64,000 bases of DNA from Minutocellus sp. GHC0000111 (taxonomy: Eukaryota), in contig OZ361257.1 in the NCBI GenBank assembly GCA_977018835.1, forward strand, positions 4,650,001 to 4,714,000, in the 5' to 3' direction. Shown one piece after another: positions 40,101-54,300 of this stretch. Position 1 is the stretch's first letter. Each line of letters opens with the position of its first letter. The notes below the pieces were generated by a model. The model saw only the letters and a list, made by a program, of their open reading frames with translations, was not told the origin of the DNA and searched no databases. Both the position numbers and the translations under genes were made by a program.

Positions 40101-42618
40101 CACAGGACACTGCTCACCACATGCATTCCTTGCTGCTCTCACATGGCAATGAATGGAACACAAGCTTTGGTAGAGATCAGGGTGCTCCTATGGTCAAATG
40201 TGAATTGCCCCAGTTAGGAGCGCCCTAGTTGTCCAAACGCTTCTGCTGGCGATGCCCACGCCACCCAAAAAGATGAGTGCTTTGGCTGCAGTGCAATCAC
40301 AGGACACTGCTCACCACATGCATTTCTTGCTGCTCTCACATGGCAATGAATGGAACATAAGCTTTGGTAGAGATCAGGGTGCTCCTATGGTCAAATGTGA
40401 GTTGATCCAGTTAGGACAGCCCTAACTTTCCCAACGCTGCTGGCGACGCCCACACCACCCACAAAGATGCGTGCTTTGGCTGCAGTGCAATCACAGGACA
40501 CTGCTCACCACATGCATTCCTTGCTGCTCTCACATGGCAATGAATGGAACATAAGCTTTGGTAGAGATCAGGGTGCTCCTATGGTCAAATGTGAGTTGAT
40601 CCAGTTAGGACAGCCCTAACTTTCCCAACGCTGCTGGCGACGCCCACACCACCCACAAAGATGCGTGCTTTGGCTGCAGTGCAATCACAGGACACTGCTC
40701 ACCACATGCATTCCTTGCTGCTCTCACATGGCAATGAATGGAACATAAGCTTTGGTAGAGATCAGGGTGCTCCTATTGTCAAATGTGAGTTGCTCCAGTT
40801 AGGAGCGACCCCTAGCTTTCCCAACGCTGCTGAAGACACCCACACCACCCACAAAGATGCGTGCTTTGGCTGCAGTGCAATCACAGGACACTGCTCACCA
40901 CATGCATTCCTTGCTGCTCTCACATGGCAATGAATGGAACATAAGCTTTGGTAGAGATCAGGGTGCTCCTATGGTCAAATGTGAGTTGCCCCAGTTAGGA
41001 GCGCCCTAGTTGTCCCAACGCTTCTGCTGGCGATGCCCACGCCACCCACGAAGATGAGTGCTTTGGCTGCAGTGCAATCACAGGACACTGCTCACCACAT
41101 GCATTTCTTGCTGCTCTCACATGGCAATGAATGGAACATAAGCTTCCTGGCGACGCCAACACCACCCACAAAGATGAGTGCTTTGGCTGCAGTGCAATCA
41201 CTGGACACTGCTCACCACATGCATTCCTTGCTGCTCTCACATGGCAATGAATGGAACACAAGCTTTGGTAGAGATCAGGGTATTCCTGTGGTCAAACATG
41301 GGTTGCTCCAGCAAGCAGCGCCCTGATTTTCCCAACGCTGCTGGCGACGCCCACACCACCCACAAAGATGCGTGCTTTGGCTGCAGTGCAACCACAGGAC
41401 ACTGCTCACCACATGCATTCCTTGCTGCTCTCACATGGCAATGAATGGAACATAAGCTTTGGTAGATATCAGGGTGCTCCTATGGTCAAATGTGAGTTGC
41501 TCCAGTTAGGAGCGCCCTAGCTTTCCCAACGCTGCTGGTGACGCCCACACCACCCACAAAGATGCGTGCTTTGGCTGCAGTGCAATCACTGGACACTGCT
41601 CACCACATGCATTCCTTGCTGCTCTCACATGGCAATGAATGGAACATAAGCTTTGGTAGAGATCAGGGTGCTGCTATTGTCAAATGTGAGTTGCTCCGGT
41701 TAGGAGCGCCCTAGCTTTCTCAACGCTGCTGGCGACACCCACACCACCCACAAAGATGCGTGCTTTGGCTGCAGTGCAATCACAGGACACTGCTCACCAC
41801 ATGCATTTCTTGCTGCTCTCACATGGCAATGAATGGAACATAAGCTTTGGTAGAGATCAGGGTGCTGCTATTGTCAAATGTGAGTTGCTCCGGTTAGGAG
41901 CGCCCTAGTTGTCCCAACGCTGCTGCTGGCGATGCCCACGCCACCCACAAAGATGAGTGCTTTGGCTGCAGTGCAATCACAGGACACTGCTCACCACATG
42001 CATTTCTTGCTGCTCTCACATGGCAATGAATGGAACATAAGCTTTGGTAGAGATCAGGGCACTCCTATGGTCAAACATGAGTTGCTCCAGTTAGGAGCGC
42101 CCTAGTTTTCCCAACGCTGCTGGCGACGCCCACACCACCCACAAAGATGCGTGCTCTGGCTGCAGTGCAACCACAGGACACTGCTCACCACATGCATTCC
42201 TTGCTGCTCTCACATGGCAATGAATGGAACATAAGCTTTGGTAGAGATCAGGGTGCTGCTATGGTCAAATATGAGTTGCTCCAGTAAGGAGCGCCCTGCT
42301 TTTCCCAACGCTGCTGGCGACGCCCACACCACCCACAAAGATGAGTGCTTTGGCTGCAGTGCAATCACAGGACACTGCTCACCACATGCATTCCTTGCTG
42401 CTCTCACATGGCAATGAATGGAACATAAGCTTTGGTAGAGATCAGGGTGCTGCTATGGTCAAACATGAATTGCTCCAGTTAGGAGCGCAATAGTTTTCCC
42501 AACGATGCTGGCGACGCCCACACCACCCACAAAGATGAGTGCTTTGGCTGCAGTGCAATCACAGGACACTGCTCACCACATGCATTCCTTGCTGCTCTCA
42601 CATGGCAATGAATGGAAC
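28493..42618 (+). repeat. Higher-order duplication, offset 7314 bp (~38 monomers): 28493-35304 repeated at 35807-42618
   Basis: ORF markers 29039/36353, 29928/37242, 31016/38330, 31768/39082, 33347/40661 and 34896/42210 are all offset by 7314. I saw only a handful of differences between the copies. Confidence 0.93.
33740..33859 (+). repeat. Truncated 120-bp monomer lacking most of the variable half; further copies with junctions at ~41145, ~49425 and ~56739
   Basis: The junction aagctt|c|ctggcgacgccaac is at 33826-33846. 75 bp are replaced by one C. Confidence 0.93.
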
Positions 42619-43349
42619 ATAAGCTTTGGTAGAGATCAGGGTGCTCCTATGGTCAAATGTGAGTTGATCCAGTTAGGACAGCCCTAACTTTCCCAACGCT
42701 GCTGGCGACGCCCACACCACCCACAAAGATGCGTGCTTTGGCTGCAGTGCAATCACAGGACACTGCTCACCACATGCATTCCTTGCTGCTCTCACATGGC
42801 AATGAATGGAACATAAGCTTTGGTAGAGATCAGGGTGCTCCTATGGTCAAATGTGAGTTGCTCCAGTTAGGAGCGCCCTGGCTTTCCCAACGCTGCTGGC
42901 GACGCCCACACCACCCACAAAGATGCGTGCTTTGGCTGCAGTGCAATCACAGGACACTGCTCACCACATGCATTCCTTGCTGCTCTCACATGGCAATGAA
43001 TGGAACATAAGCTTTGGAAGAGATCAGGGTGCTGCTATGGTCAAACATGAATTGCTCCAGTTAGGAGCGCCCTAGATAGTTTGTCCAACGCTGCTGGCGA
43101 CGCCCCCACCACCCACAAAGATGAGTGCTTTGGCTGCAGTGCAATCACAGGACACTGCTCAACACATGCATTCCTTGCTGCTCTCACATGGCAATTAATG
43201 GAACATAAGCTTTGGTAGAGATCAGGGTGCTTCTATGGTCAAAGGTGAGTTGCTCCAGTTAGGAGCGCCCTAACTTTCCCAACGCTGCTGGCGACGCCCA
43301 CACCACCCACAAAGATGCGTGCTTTGGCTGCAGTGCAATCACTGGACAC

Positions 43350-45310
43350 TGCTCACCACATGCATTCCTTGCTGCTCTCACATGGCAATGAATGGAACAT
43401 AAGCTTTGGTAGAGATCAGGGTGCTGCCATGGTCAAATATGAGTTGCTCCAGTTAGGAGCGCACTAGCTTTCCCAACGCTGCTGGCGACGCCCACACCAC
43501 CCACAAAGATGCGTGCTTTGGCTGCAGTGCAATCACTGGACACTGCTCACCACATGCATTCGTTGCTGCTCTCACATGGCAATGAATGGAACACAAGCTT
43601 TGGTAGAGATAAGGGTGCTCCTATGGTCAAACATGGGTTGCTCCAGCAAGCAGCGCCCTGATTTTCCCAACGCTGCTGGCGACGCCCACACCACCCACAA
43701 AGATGAGTGCTTTGGCTGCAGTGCAATCACTGGACACTGCTCACCACATGCATTCCTTGCTGCTCTCACATGGCAATGAATGGAACATAAGCTTTGGTAG
43801 ATATCAGGGTGCTCCTATGGTCAAATGTGAGTTGCTCTAGTTAGGAGCGCCCTGCTTTTCCCAACGCTGCTGGCGACGCCCACACCACCCACAAAGATGA
43901 GTGCTTTGGCTGCAGTGCAATCACAGGACACTGCTCACCACATGCATTCCTTGCTGCTCTCACATGGCAATGAATGGAACATAAGCTTTGGTAGAGATCA
44001 GGGTGCTGCTATGGTCAAACATGAATTGCTCCAGTTAGGAGCGCAATAGTTTTCCCAACGATGCTGGCGACGCCCACACCACCCACAAAGATGAGTGCTT
44101 TGGCTGCAGTGCAATCACAGGACACTGCTCACCACATGCATTCCTTGCTGCTCTCACATGGCAATGAATGGAACATAAGCTTTGGTAGAGATCAGGGTGC
44201 TCCTATGGTCAAACATGAATTGCTCCAGTTAGGAGCGCCCTAGATAGTTTGTCCAACGCTGCTGGCGACGCCCCCACCACCCACAAAGATGAGTGCTTTG
44301 GCTGCAGTGCAATCACAGGACACTGCTCAACACATGCATTCGTTGCTGCTCTCACATGGCAATGAATGGAACATAAGCTTTGGAAGAGATCAGGGTGCTG
44401 CTATGGTCAAACATGAATTGCTCCAGTTAGGAGCGCCCAAGATAGTTTGTCCAACGCTGCTGGCGACGCCCCCACCACCCACAAAGATGAGTGCTTTGGC
44501 TGCAGTGCAATCACAGGACACTGCTCAACACATGCATTCCTTGCTGCTCTCACATGGCAATGAATGGAACATAAGCTTTGGTAGAGATCAGGGTGCTCCT
44601 ATGGTCAAATGTGAGTTGATCCAGTTAGGACAGCCCTAACTTTCCCAACGCTGCTGGCGACGCCCACACCACCCACAAAGATGCGTGCTTTGGCTGCAGT
44701 GCAATCACAGGACACTGCTCACCACATGCATTCCTTGCTGCTCTCACATGGCAATGAATGGAACATAAGCTTTGGTAGAGATCAGGGTGCTGCCATGGTC
44801 AAATATGAGTTGCTCCAGTTAGGAGCGCCCTAGCTTTCCCAACGCTGCTGGCGACGCCCACACCACCCACAAAGATGCGTGCTTTGGCTGCAGTGCAATC
44901 ACTGGACACTGCTCACCACATGCATTCGTTGCTGCTCTCACATGGCAATGAATGGAACACAAGCTTTGGTAGAGATAAGGGTGCTCCTGTGGTCAAACAT
45001 GGGTTGCTCCAGCAAGCAGCGCCCTGATTTTCCCAACGCTGCTGGCGACGCCCACACCACCCACAAAGATGAGTGCTTTGGCTGCAGTGCAATCACTGGA
45101 CACTGCTCACCACATGCATTCCTTGCTGCTCTCACATGGCAATGAATGGAACATAAGCTTTGGTAGATATCAGGGTGCTCCTATGGTCAAATGTGAGTTG
45201 CTCTAGTTAGGAGCGCCCTGCTTTTCCCAACGCTGCTGGCGACGCCCACACCACCCACAAAGATGAGTGCTTTGGCTGCAGTGCAATCACAGGACACTGC
45301 TCACCACATG
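43350..45310 (+). repeat. Local ~3-monomer block repeated at offset 1366 bp (7 monomers); the arrangement recurs at +15594
   Basis: ORF markers 43513/44879 and 59107/60473. Shared variants are gataaggg...cagcaagcagcg and gatatcag...ctctagtt...ccctgct. Boundaries are approximate. Confidence 0.8.
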
Positions 45311-48300
45311 CATTCGTTGCTGCTCTCACATGGCAATGAATGGAACATAAGCTTTGGAAGAGATCAGGGTGCTGCTATGGTCAAACATGAATTGCTCCAG
45401 TTAGGAGCGCCCTAGATAGTTTGTCCAACGCTGCTGGCGACGCCCCCACCACCCACAAAGATGAGTGCTTTGGCTGCAGTGCAATCACAGGACACTGCTC
45501 ACCACATGCATTTCTTGCTGCTCTCACATGGCAATGAATGGAACACAAGCTTTGGTAGAGATCAGGGTGCTCCTATGGTCAAATGTGAGTTGCTCCAGTT
45601 AGGACAGCCCTAACTTTCCCAACGCTGCTGGCGACGCCCACACCACCCACAAATATGAGTGCTTTGGCTGCAGTGCAATCACAGGACACTGCTCACCACA
45701 TGCATTCCTTGCTGCTCTCACATGGCAATGAATGGAACATAAGCTTTGGTAGAGATCAGGGTGCTCCTATTATTGATGTGAGTTGCTCCAGTTAGGAGCG
45801 CCCTAGCTTTCCCAAAGCTGCTGGCGACGCCCACAAAGATGAGTGCTTTGGCTGCAGTGCAATCACTGGACACTGCTCACCACATGCATTCCTTGCTGCT
45901 CTCACATGGCAATGAATGGAACATAAGCTTTGGTAGAGATCAGGGTGCTGCTATGGTCAAATGTGAGTTGCTCCAGTTTGGAGAGCACTGATTTTCCCGA
46001 CGCTGCTTGCTGGCGACTCCCCAACAACCCACAAAGATGAGTGCTTTGGCTGCAGTGCAATCACAGGACACTGCTCACCACATGCATTCCTTGCTGCTCT
46101 CACATGGCAATGAATGGAACATAAGCTTTGGTAGAGATCAGGGTGCTCCTATGGTCAAATGTGAGTTGCTCCAGTTAGGAGCGCCCTAGTTTTCCCAACG
46201 CTGCTGGCGACGCCCACAAAGATGAGTGCTTTGGCTGCAGTGCAATCACTGGACACTGCTCACCACATGCATTCCTTACTGCTCTCACATGGCAATGAAG
46301 GAACATAAGCTTTGGTAGAGATCAGGGTGCTCCTGTGGTGACAACTGAGTTGCTCCAGTTAGGAGCGCCCTAGTTTTCCCAATGCTGCTGGTGACGCCCA
46401 CACCACCCACAAAGATGCATGCTTTGGCTGCAGTGCAATCACAGGACACTGCTCACCACATGCATTCCTTGCTGCTCTCACATGGCAATGAAGGAACATA
46501 AGCTTTGGTATAGATCAGGGTGCTCCTATGGTCAAACATGAGTTGCTCCAGTTAGGAGAGCACTGATTTTCCCAACGCTGCTGGCTGGCGACTCCCCAAC
46601 CACCCACAAAGATGCATGCTTTGGCTGCAGTGCAATCACAGGACACTGCTCACCACATGCATTCCTTGCTGCTCTCACATGGCAATGAATTGAACTAAGC
46701 TTTGGCAGAGATCAGGGCACTCCCATGGTCAAATGTGAGTTGCTCCAGTTAGTACAGCCCTAGTTTTCCCAACGCTGCTGGCGACACCCACACCACCCAC
46801 AAAGATGCGTGCTTTGGCTGCAGTGCAATCACAGGACACTGCTCACCACATGCATTCCTTGCTGCTCTCACATGGCAATGAATGGAACATAAGCTTTGGT
46901 AGAGATCAGGGTGCTGCTATGGTCAAATGTGAGTTGCTCCAGTTTGGAGAGCACTGATTTTCCCAACGCTGCTGGCTGGCAACTCCCCAACAACCCACAA
47001 AGATGAGTGCTTTGGCTGCAGTGCAATCACAGGACACTGCTCACCACATGCATTCCTTGCTGCTCTCACATGGCAATGAATGGAACATAAGCTTTGGTAG
47101 AGATCAGGGTGCTCCTATTATTGATGTGAGTTGCTCCAGTTAGGAGCGCCCTAGCTTTCCCAAAGCTGCTGGCGACGCCCACAAAGATGAGTGCTTTGGC
47201 TGCAGTGCAATCACTGGACACTGCTCACCACATGCATTCCTTGCTGCTCTCACATGGCAATGAATGGAACATAAGCTTTGGTAGAGATCAGGGTGCTCCT
47301 ATGGTCAAATGTGAGTTGCTCCAGTTAGGAGCGCCCTAGTTTTCCCAACGCTGCTGGCGACGCCCACAAAGATGAGTGCTTTGGCTGCAGTGCAATCACT
47401 GGACACTGCTCACCACATGCATTCCTTGCTGCTCTCACATGGCAATGAATGGAACATAAGCTTTGGTAGAGATCAGGGTGCTCCTATGGTCAAATGTGAG
47501 TTGCCCCAGTTAGGAGCGCCCTAGTTGTCCCAACGCTTCTGCTGGCGATGCCCACGCCACCCACGAAGATGAGTGCTTTGGCTGCAGTGCAATCACAGGA
47601 CACTGCTCACCACATGCATTCCTTGCTGCTCTCACATGGCAATGAATGGAACATAAGCTTTGGTAGAGATCAGGGTGCTTCTATGGTCAAATGTGAGGTG
47701 CTCCAGTTTGGAGAGCACTGATTTTCCCAACGCTGCTGGCTGGCGACTCCCCAACCACCCACAAAGATGCATGCTTTGGCTGCAGTGCAATCACAGGACA
47801 CTGCTCACCACATGCATTCCTTGCTGCTCTCACATGGCAATGAATTGAACTAAGCTTTGGCAGAGATCAGGGCACTCCCATGGTCAAATGTGAGTTGCTC
47901 CAGTTAGTACAGCCCTAGTTTTCCCAACGCTGCTGGCGACACCCACACCACCCACAAAGATGCGTGCTTTGGCTGCAGTGCAATCACAGGACACTGCTCA
48001 CCACATGCATTCCTTGCTGCTCTCACATGGCAATGAATGGAACATAAGCTTTGGTAGAGATCAGGGTGCTGCTATGGTCAAATGTGAGTTGCTCCAGTTT
48101 GGAGAGCACTGATTTTCCCAACGCTGCTGGCTGGCAACTCCCCAACAACCCACAAAGATGAGTGCTTTGGCTGCAGTGCAATCACAGGACACTGCTCACC
48201 ACATGCATTCCTTGCTGCTCTCACATGGCAATGAATGGAACATAAGCTTTGGTAGAGATCAGGGTTCTCCTATGGTCAAACATGAATTGCTCCAGTTAGG

Positions 48301-51300
48301 AGCGCCCTAGATAGTTTGTCCAACGCTGCTGGCGACGCCCCCACCACCCACAAAGATGAGTGCTTTGGCTGCAGTGCAATCACAGGACACTGCTCACCAC
48401 ATGCATTCCTTGCTGCTCTCACATGGCAATGAATGGAACACAAGCTTTGGTAGAGATCAGGGTGCTCCTATGGTCAAATGTGAATTGCCCCAGTTAGGAG
48501 CGCCCTAGTTGTCCAAACGCTTCTGCTGGCGATGCCCACGCCACCCAAAAAGATGAGTGCTTTGGCTGCAGTGCAATCACAGGACACTGCTCACCACATG
48601 CATTTCTTGCTGCTCTCACATGGCAATGAATGGAACATAAGCTTTGGTAGAGATCAGGGTGCTCCTATGGTCAAATGTGAGTTGATCCAGTTAGGACAGC
48701 CCTAACTTTCCCAACGCTGCTGGCGACGCCCACACCACCCACAAAGATGCGTGCTTTGGCTGCAGTGCAATCACAGGACACTGCTCACCACATGCATTCC
48801 TTGCTGCTCTCACATGGCAATGAATGGAACATAAGCTTTGGTAGAGATCAGGGTGCTCCTATGGTCAAATGTGAGTTGATCCAGTTAGGACAGCCCTAAC
48901 TTTCCCAACGCTGCTGGCGACGCCCACACCACCCACAAAGATGCGTGCTTTGGCTGCAGTGCAATCACAGGACACTGCTCACCACATGCATTCCTTGCTG
49001 CTCTCACATGGCAATGAATGGAACATAAGCTTTGGTAGAGATCAGGGTGCTCCTATTGTCAAATGTGAGTTGCTCCAGTTAGGAGCGACCCCTAGCTTTC
49101 CCAACGCTGCTGAAGACACCCACACCACCCACAAAGATGCGTGCTTTGGCTGCAGTGCAATCACAGGACACTGCTCACCACATGCATTCCTTGCTGCTCT
49201 CACATGGCAATGAATGGAACATAAGCTTTGGTAGAGATCAGGGTGCTCCTATGGTCAAATGTGAGTTGCCCCAGTTAGGAGCGCCCTAGTTGTCCCAACG
49301 CTTCTGCTGGCGATGCCCACGCCACCCACGAAGATGAGTGCTTTGGCTGCAGTGCAATCACAGGACACTGCTCACCACATGCATTTCTTGCTGCTCTCAC
49401 ATGGCAATGAATGGAACATAAGCTTCCTGGCGACGCCAACACCACCCACAAAGATGAGTGCTTTGGCTGCAGTGCAATCACTGGACACTGCTCACCACAT
49501 GCATTCCTTGCTGCTCTCACATGGCAATGAATGGAACACAAGCTTTGGTAGAGATCAGGGTAATCCTGTGGTCAAACATGGGTTGCTCCAGCAAGCAGCG
49601 CCCTGATTTTCCCAACGCTGCTGGCGACGCCCACACCACCCACAAAGATGCGTGCTTTGGCTGCAGTGCAACCACAGGACACTGCTCACCACATGCATTC
49701 CTTGCTGCTCTCACATGGCAATGAATGGAACATAAGCTTTGGTAGATATCAGGGTGCTCCTATGGTCAAATGTGAGTTGCTCCAGTTAGGAGCGCCCTAG
49801 CTTTCCCAACGCTGCTGGTGACGCCCACACCACCCACAAAGATGCGTGCTTTGGCTGCAGTGCAATCACTGGACACTGCTCACCACATGCATTCCTTGCT
49901 GCTCTCACATGGCAATGAATGGAACATAAGCTTTGGTAGAGATCAGGGTGCTGCTATTGTCAAATGTGAGTTGCTCCGGTTAGGAGCGCCCTAGCTTTCC
50001 CAACGCTGCTGGCGACACCCACACCACCCACAAAGATGCGTGCTTTGGCTGCAGTGCAATCACAGGACACTGCTCACCACATGCATTTCTTGCTGCTCTC
50101 ACATGGCAATGAATGGAACATAAGCTTTGGTAGAGATCAGGTTGCTGCTATTGTCAAATGTGAGTTGCTCCGGTTAGGAGCGCCCTAGTTGTCCCAACGC
50201 TGCTGCTGGCGATGCCCACGCCACCCACAAAGATGAGTGCTTTGGCTGCAGTGCAATCACAGGACACTGCTCACCACATGCATTTCTTGCTGCTCTCACA
50301 TGGCAATGAATGGAACATAAGCTTTGGTAGAGATCAGGGTGCTCCTATGGTCAAACATGAGTTGCTCCAGTTAGGAGCGCCCTAGTTTTCCCAACGCTGC
50401 TGGCGACGCCCACACCACCCACAAAGATGCGTGCTCTGGCTGCAGTGCAACCACAGGACACTGCTCACCACATGCATTCCTTGCTGCTCTCACATGGCAA
50501 TGAATGGAACATAAGCTTTGGTAGAGATCAGGGTGCTGCTATGGTCAAATATGAGTTGCTCCAGTAAGGAGCGCCCTGCTTTTCCCAACGCTGCTGGCGA
50601 CGCCCACACCACCCACAAAGATGAGTGCTTTGGCTGCAGTGCAATCACAGGACACTGCTCACCACATGCATTCCTTGCTGCTCTCACATGGCAATGAATG
50701 GAACATAAGCTTTGGTAGAGATCAGGGTGCTGCTATGGTCAAACATGAATTGCTCCAGTTAGGAGCGCAATAGTTTTCCCAACGATGCTGGCGACGCCCA
50801 CACCACCCACAAAGATGAGTGCTTTGGCTGCAGTGCAATCACAGGACACTGCTCACCACATGCATTCCTTGCTGCTCTCACATGGCAATGAATGGAACGT
50901 AAGCTTTGGTAGAGATCAGGGTGCTCCTATGGTCAAATGTGAGTTGCTCCAGTTAGGAGCGCCCTGGCTTTCCCAACGCTGCTGGCGACGCCCCCACCAC
51001 CCACAAAGATGAGTGCTTTGGCTGCGGTGCAATCACTGGACACTGCTCACCACATGCATTCCTTGCTGCTCTCACATGGCAATGAACGGAACATAAGCTT
51101 TGGTAGAGATCAGGGTGCTCCTAAGGTCAAATGTGAGTTGCTCCAGTTAGGAGCGCCCTGATTTTCCCAACGCTGCTGGCGACGCCCACACCACCCACAA
51201 AGATGAGTGCTTTGGCTGCAGTGCAATCACAGGACACTGCTCACCACATGCATTCCTTGCTGCTCTCACATGGCAATGAATGGAACACAAGCTTTGGTAG

Positions 51301-54300
51301 AGATCAGGGTGCTGCTATGGTCAAATGTGAGTTGCTCCAGTTTGGAGAGCACTGATTTTCCCAACGCTGCTTGCTGGCGACTCCCCAACAACCCACAAAG
51401 ATGAGTGCTTTGGCTGCAGTGCAATCACAGGACACTGCTCACCACATGCATTCCTTGCTGCTCTCACATGGCAATGAATGGAACATAAGCTTTGGTAGAG
51501 ATCAGGGTGCTCCTATGGTCAAATGTGAGTTGCTCCAGTTAGGACAGCCCTAACTTTCCCAACGCTGCTGGCGACGCCCACACCACCCACAAATATGAGT
51601 GCTTTGGCTGCAGTGCAATCACAGGACACTGCTCACCACATGCATTCCTTGCTGCTCTCACATGGCAATGAATGGAACATAAGCTTTGGTAGAGATCAGG
51701 GTGCTCCTATTATTGATGTGAGTTGCTCCAGTTAGGAGCGCCCTAGCTTTCCCAAAGCTGCTGGCGACGCCCACAAAGATGAGTGCTTTGGCTGCAGTGC
51801 AATCACTGGACACTGCTCACCACATGCATTCCTTGCTGCTCTCACATGGCAATGAATGGAACATAAGCTTTGGTAGAGATCAGGGTGCTGCTATGGTCAA
51901 ATGTGAGTTGCTCCAGTTTGGAGAGCACTGATTTTCCCGACGCTGCTTGCTGGCGACTCCCCAACAACCCACAAAGATGAGTGCTTTGGCTGCAGTGCAA
52001 TCACAGGACACTGCTCACCACATGCATTCCTTGCTGCTCTCACATGGCAATGAATGGAACATAAGCTTTGGTAGAGATCAGGGTGCTCCTATGGTCAAAT
52101 GTGAGTTGCTCCAGTTAGGAGCGCCCTAGTTTTCCCAACGCTGCTGGCGACGCCCACAAAGATGAGTGCTTTGGCTGCAGTGCAATCACTGGACACTGCT
52201 CACCACATGCATTCCTTGCTGCTCTCACATGGCAATGAAGGAACATAAGCTTTGGTAGAGATCAGGGTGCTCCTGTGGTGACAACTGAGTTGCTCCAGTT
52301 AGGAGCGCCCTAGTTTTCCCAATGCTGCTGGTGACGCCCACACCACCCACAAAGATGCATGCTTTGGCTGCAGTGCAATCACAGGACACTGCTCACCACA
52401 TGCATTCCTTGCTGCTCTCACATGGCAATGAAGGAACATAAGCTTTGGTATAGATCAGGTTGCTTCTATGGTCAAATGTGAGTTGCTCCAGTTAGGAGCG
52501 CCCTGGCTTTCCCAACGCTGCTGGCGACGCCCACACCACCCACAAAGATGCGTGCTTTGGCTGCAGTGCAATCACTGGACACTGCTCACCACATGCATTC
52601 CTTGCTGCTCTCACATGGCAATGAATGGAACATAAGCTTTGGTAGAGATCAGGGTGCTCCTATGGTCAAATGTGAGTTGCCCCAGTTAGGAGCGCCCTAG
52701 TTGTCCCAACGCTTCTGCTGGCGATGCCCACGCCACCCACGAAGATGAGTGCTTTGGCTGCAGTGCAATCACAGGACACTGCTCACCACATGCATTCCTT
52801 GCTGCTCTCACATGGCAATGAATGGAACATAAGCTTTGGTAGAGATCAGGGTGCTTCTATGGTCAAATGTGAGTTGCTCCAGTTTGGAGAGCACTGATTT
52901 TCCCAACGCTGCTGGCTGGCGACTCCCCAACCACCCACAAAGATGCATGCTTTGGCTGCAGTGCAATCACAGGACACTGCTCACCACATGCATTCCTTGC
53001 TGCTCTCACATGGCAATGAATTGAACTAAGCTTTGGCAGAGATCAGGGCACTCCCATGGTCAAATGTGAGTTGCTCCAGTTAGTACAGCCCTAGTTTTCC
53101 CAACGCTGCTGGCGACACCCACACCACCCACAAAGATGCGTGCTTTGGCTGCAGTGCAATCACAGGACACTGCTCACCACATGCATTCCTTGCTGCTCTC
53201 ACATGGCAATGAATGGAACATAAGCTTTGGTAGAGATCAGGGTGCTGCTATGGTCAAATGTGAGTTGCTCCAGTTTGGAGAGCACTGATTTTCCCAACGC
53301 TGCTGGCTGGCAACTCCCCAACAACCCACAAAGATGAGTGCTTTGGCTGCAGTGCAATCACAGGACACTGCTCACCACATGCATTCCTTGCTGCTCTCAC
53401 ATGGCAATGAATGGAACATAAGCTTTGGTAGAGATCAGGGTTCTCCTATGGTCAAACATGAATTGCTCCAGTTAGGAGCGCCCTAGATAGTTTGTCCAAC
53501 GCTGCTGGCGACGCCCCCACCACCCACAAAGATGAGTGCTTTGGCTGCAGTGCAATCACAGGACACTGCTCAACACATGCATTCGTTGCTGATCTCACAT
53601 GGCAATGAATGGAACATAAGCTTTGGAAGAGATCAGGGTGCTGCTATGGTCAAACATGAATTGCTCCAGTTAGGAGCGCCCTAGATAGTTTGTCCAACGC
53701 TGCTGGCGACGCCCACACCACCCACAAAGATGAGTGCTTTGGCTGCAGTGCAATCACAGGACACTGCTCAACACATGCATTCCTTGCTGCTCTCACATGG
53801 CAATGAATGGAACATAAGCTTTGGTAGAGATCAGGGTGCTCCTATGGTCAAATGTGAGTTGATCCAGTTAGGACAGCCCTAACTTTCCCAACGCTGCTGG
53901 CGACGCCCACACCACCCACAAAGATGCGTGCTTTGGCTGCAGTGCAATCACAGGACACTGCTCACCACATGCATTCCTTGCTGCTCTCACATGGCAATGA
54001 ATGGAACATAAGCTTTGGTAGAGATCAGGGTGCTTCTATGGTCAAATGTGAGTTGCTCCAGTTAGGAGCGCCCTGGCTTTCCCAACGCTGCTGGCGACGC
54101 CCACACCACCCACAAAGATGCGTGCTTTGGCTGCAGTGCAATCACTGGACACTGCTCACCACATGCATTCCTTGCTGCTCTCACATGGCAATGAATGGAA
54201 CATAAGCTTTGGTAGAGATCAGGGTGCTGCCATGGTCAAATATGAGTTGCTCCAGTTAGGAGCGCCCTAGCTTTCCCAACGCTGCTGGCGACGCCCACAC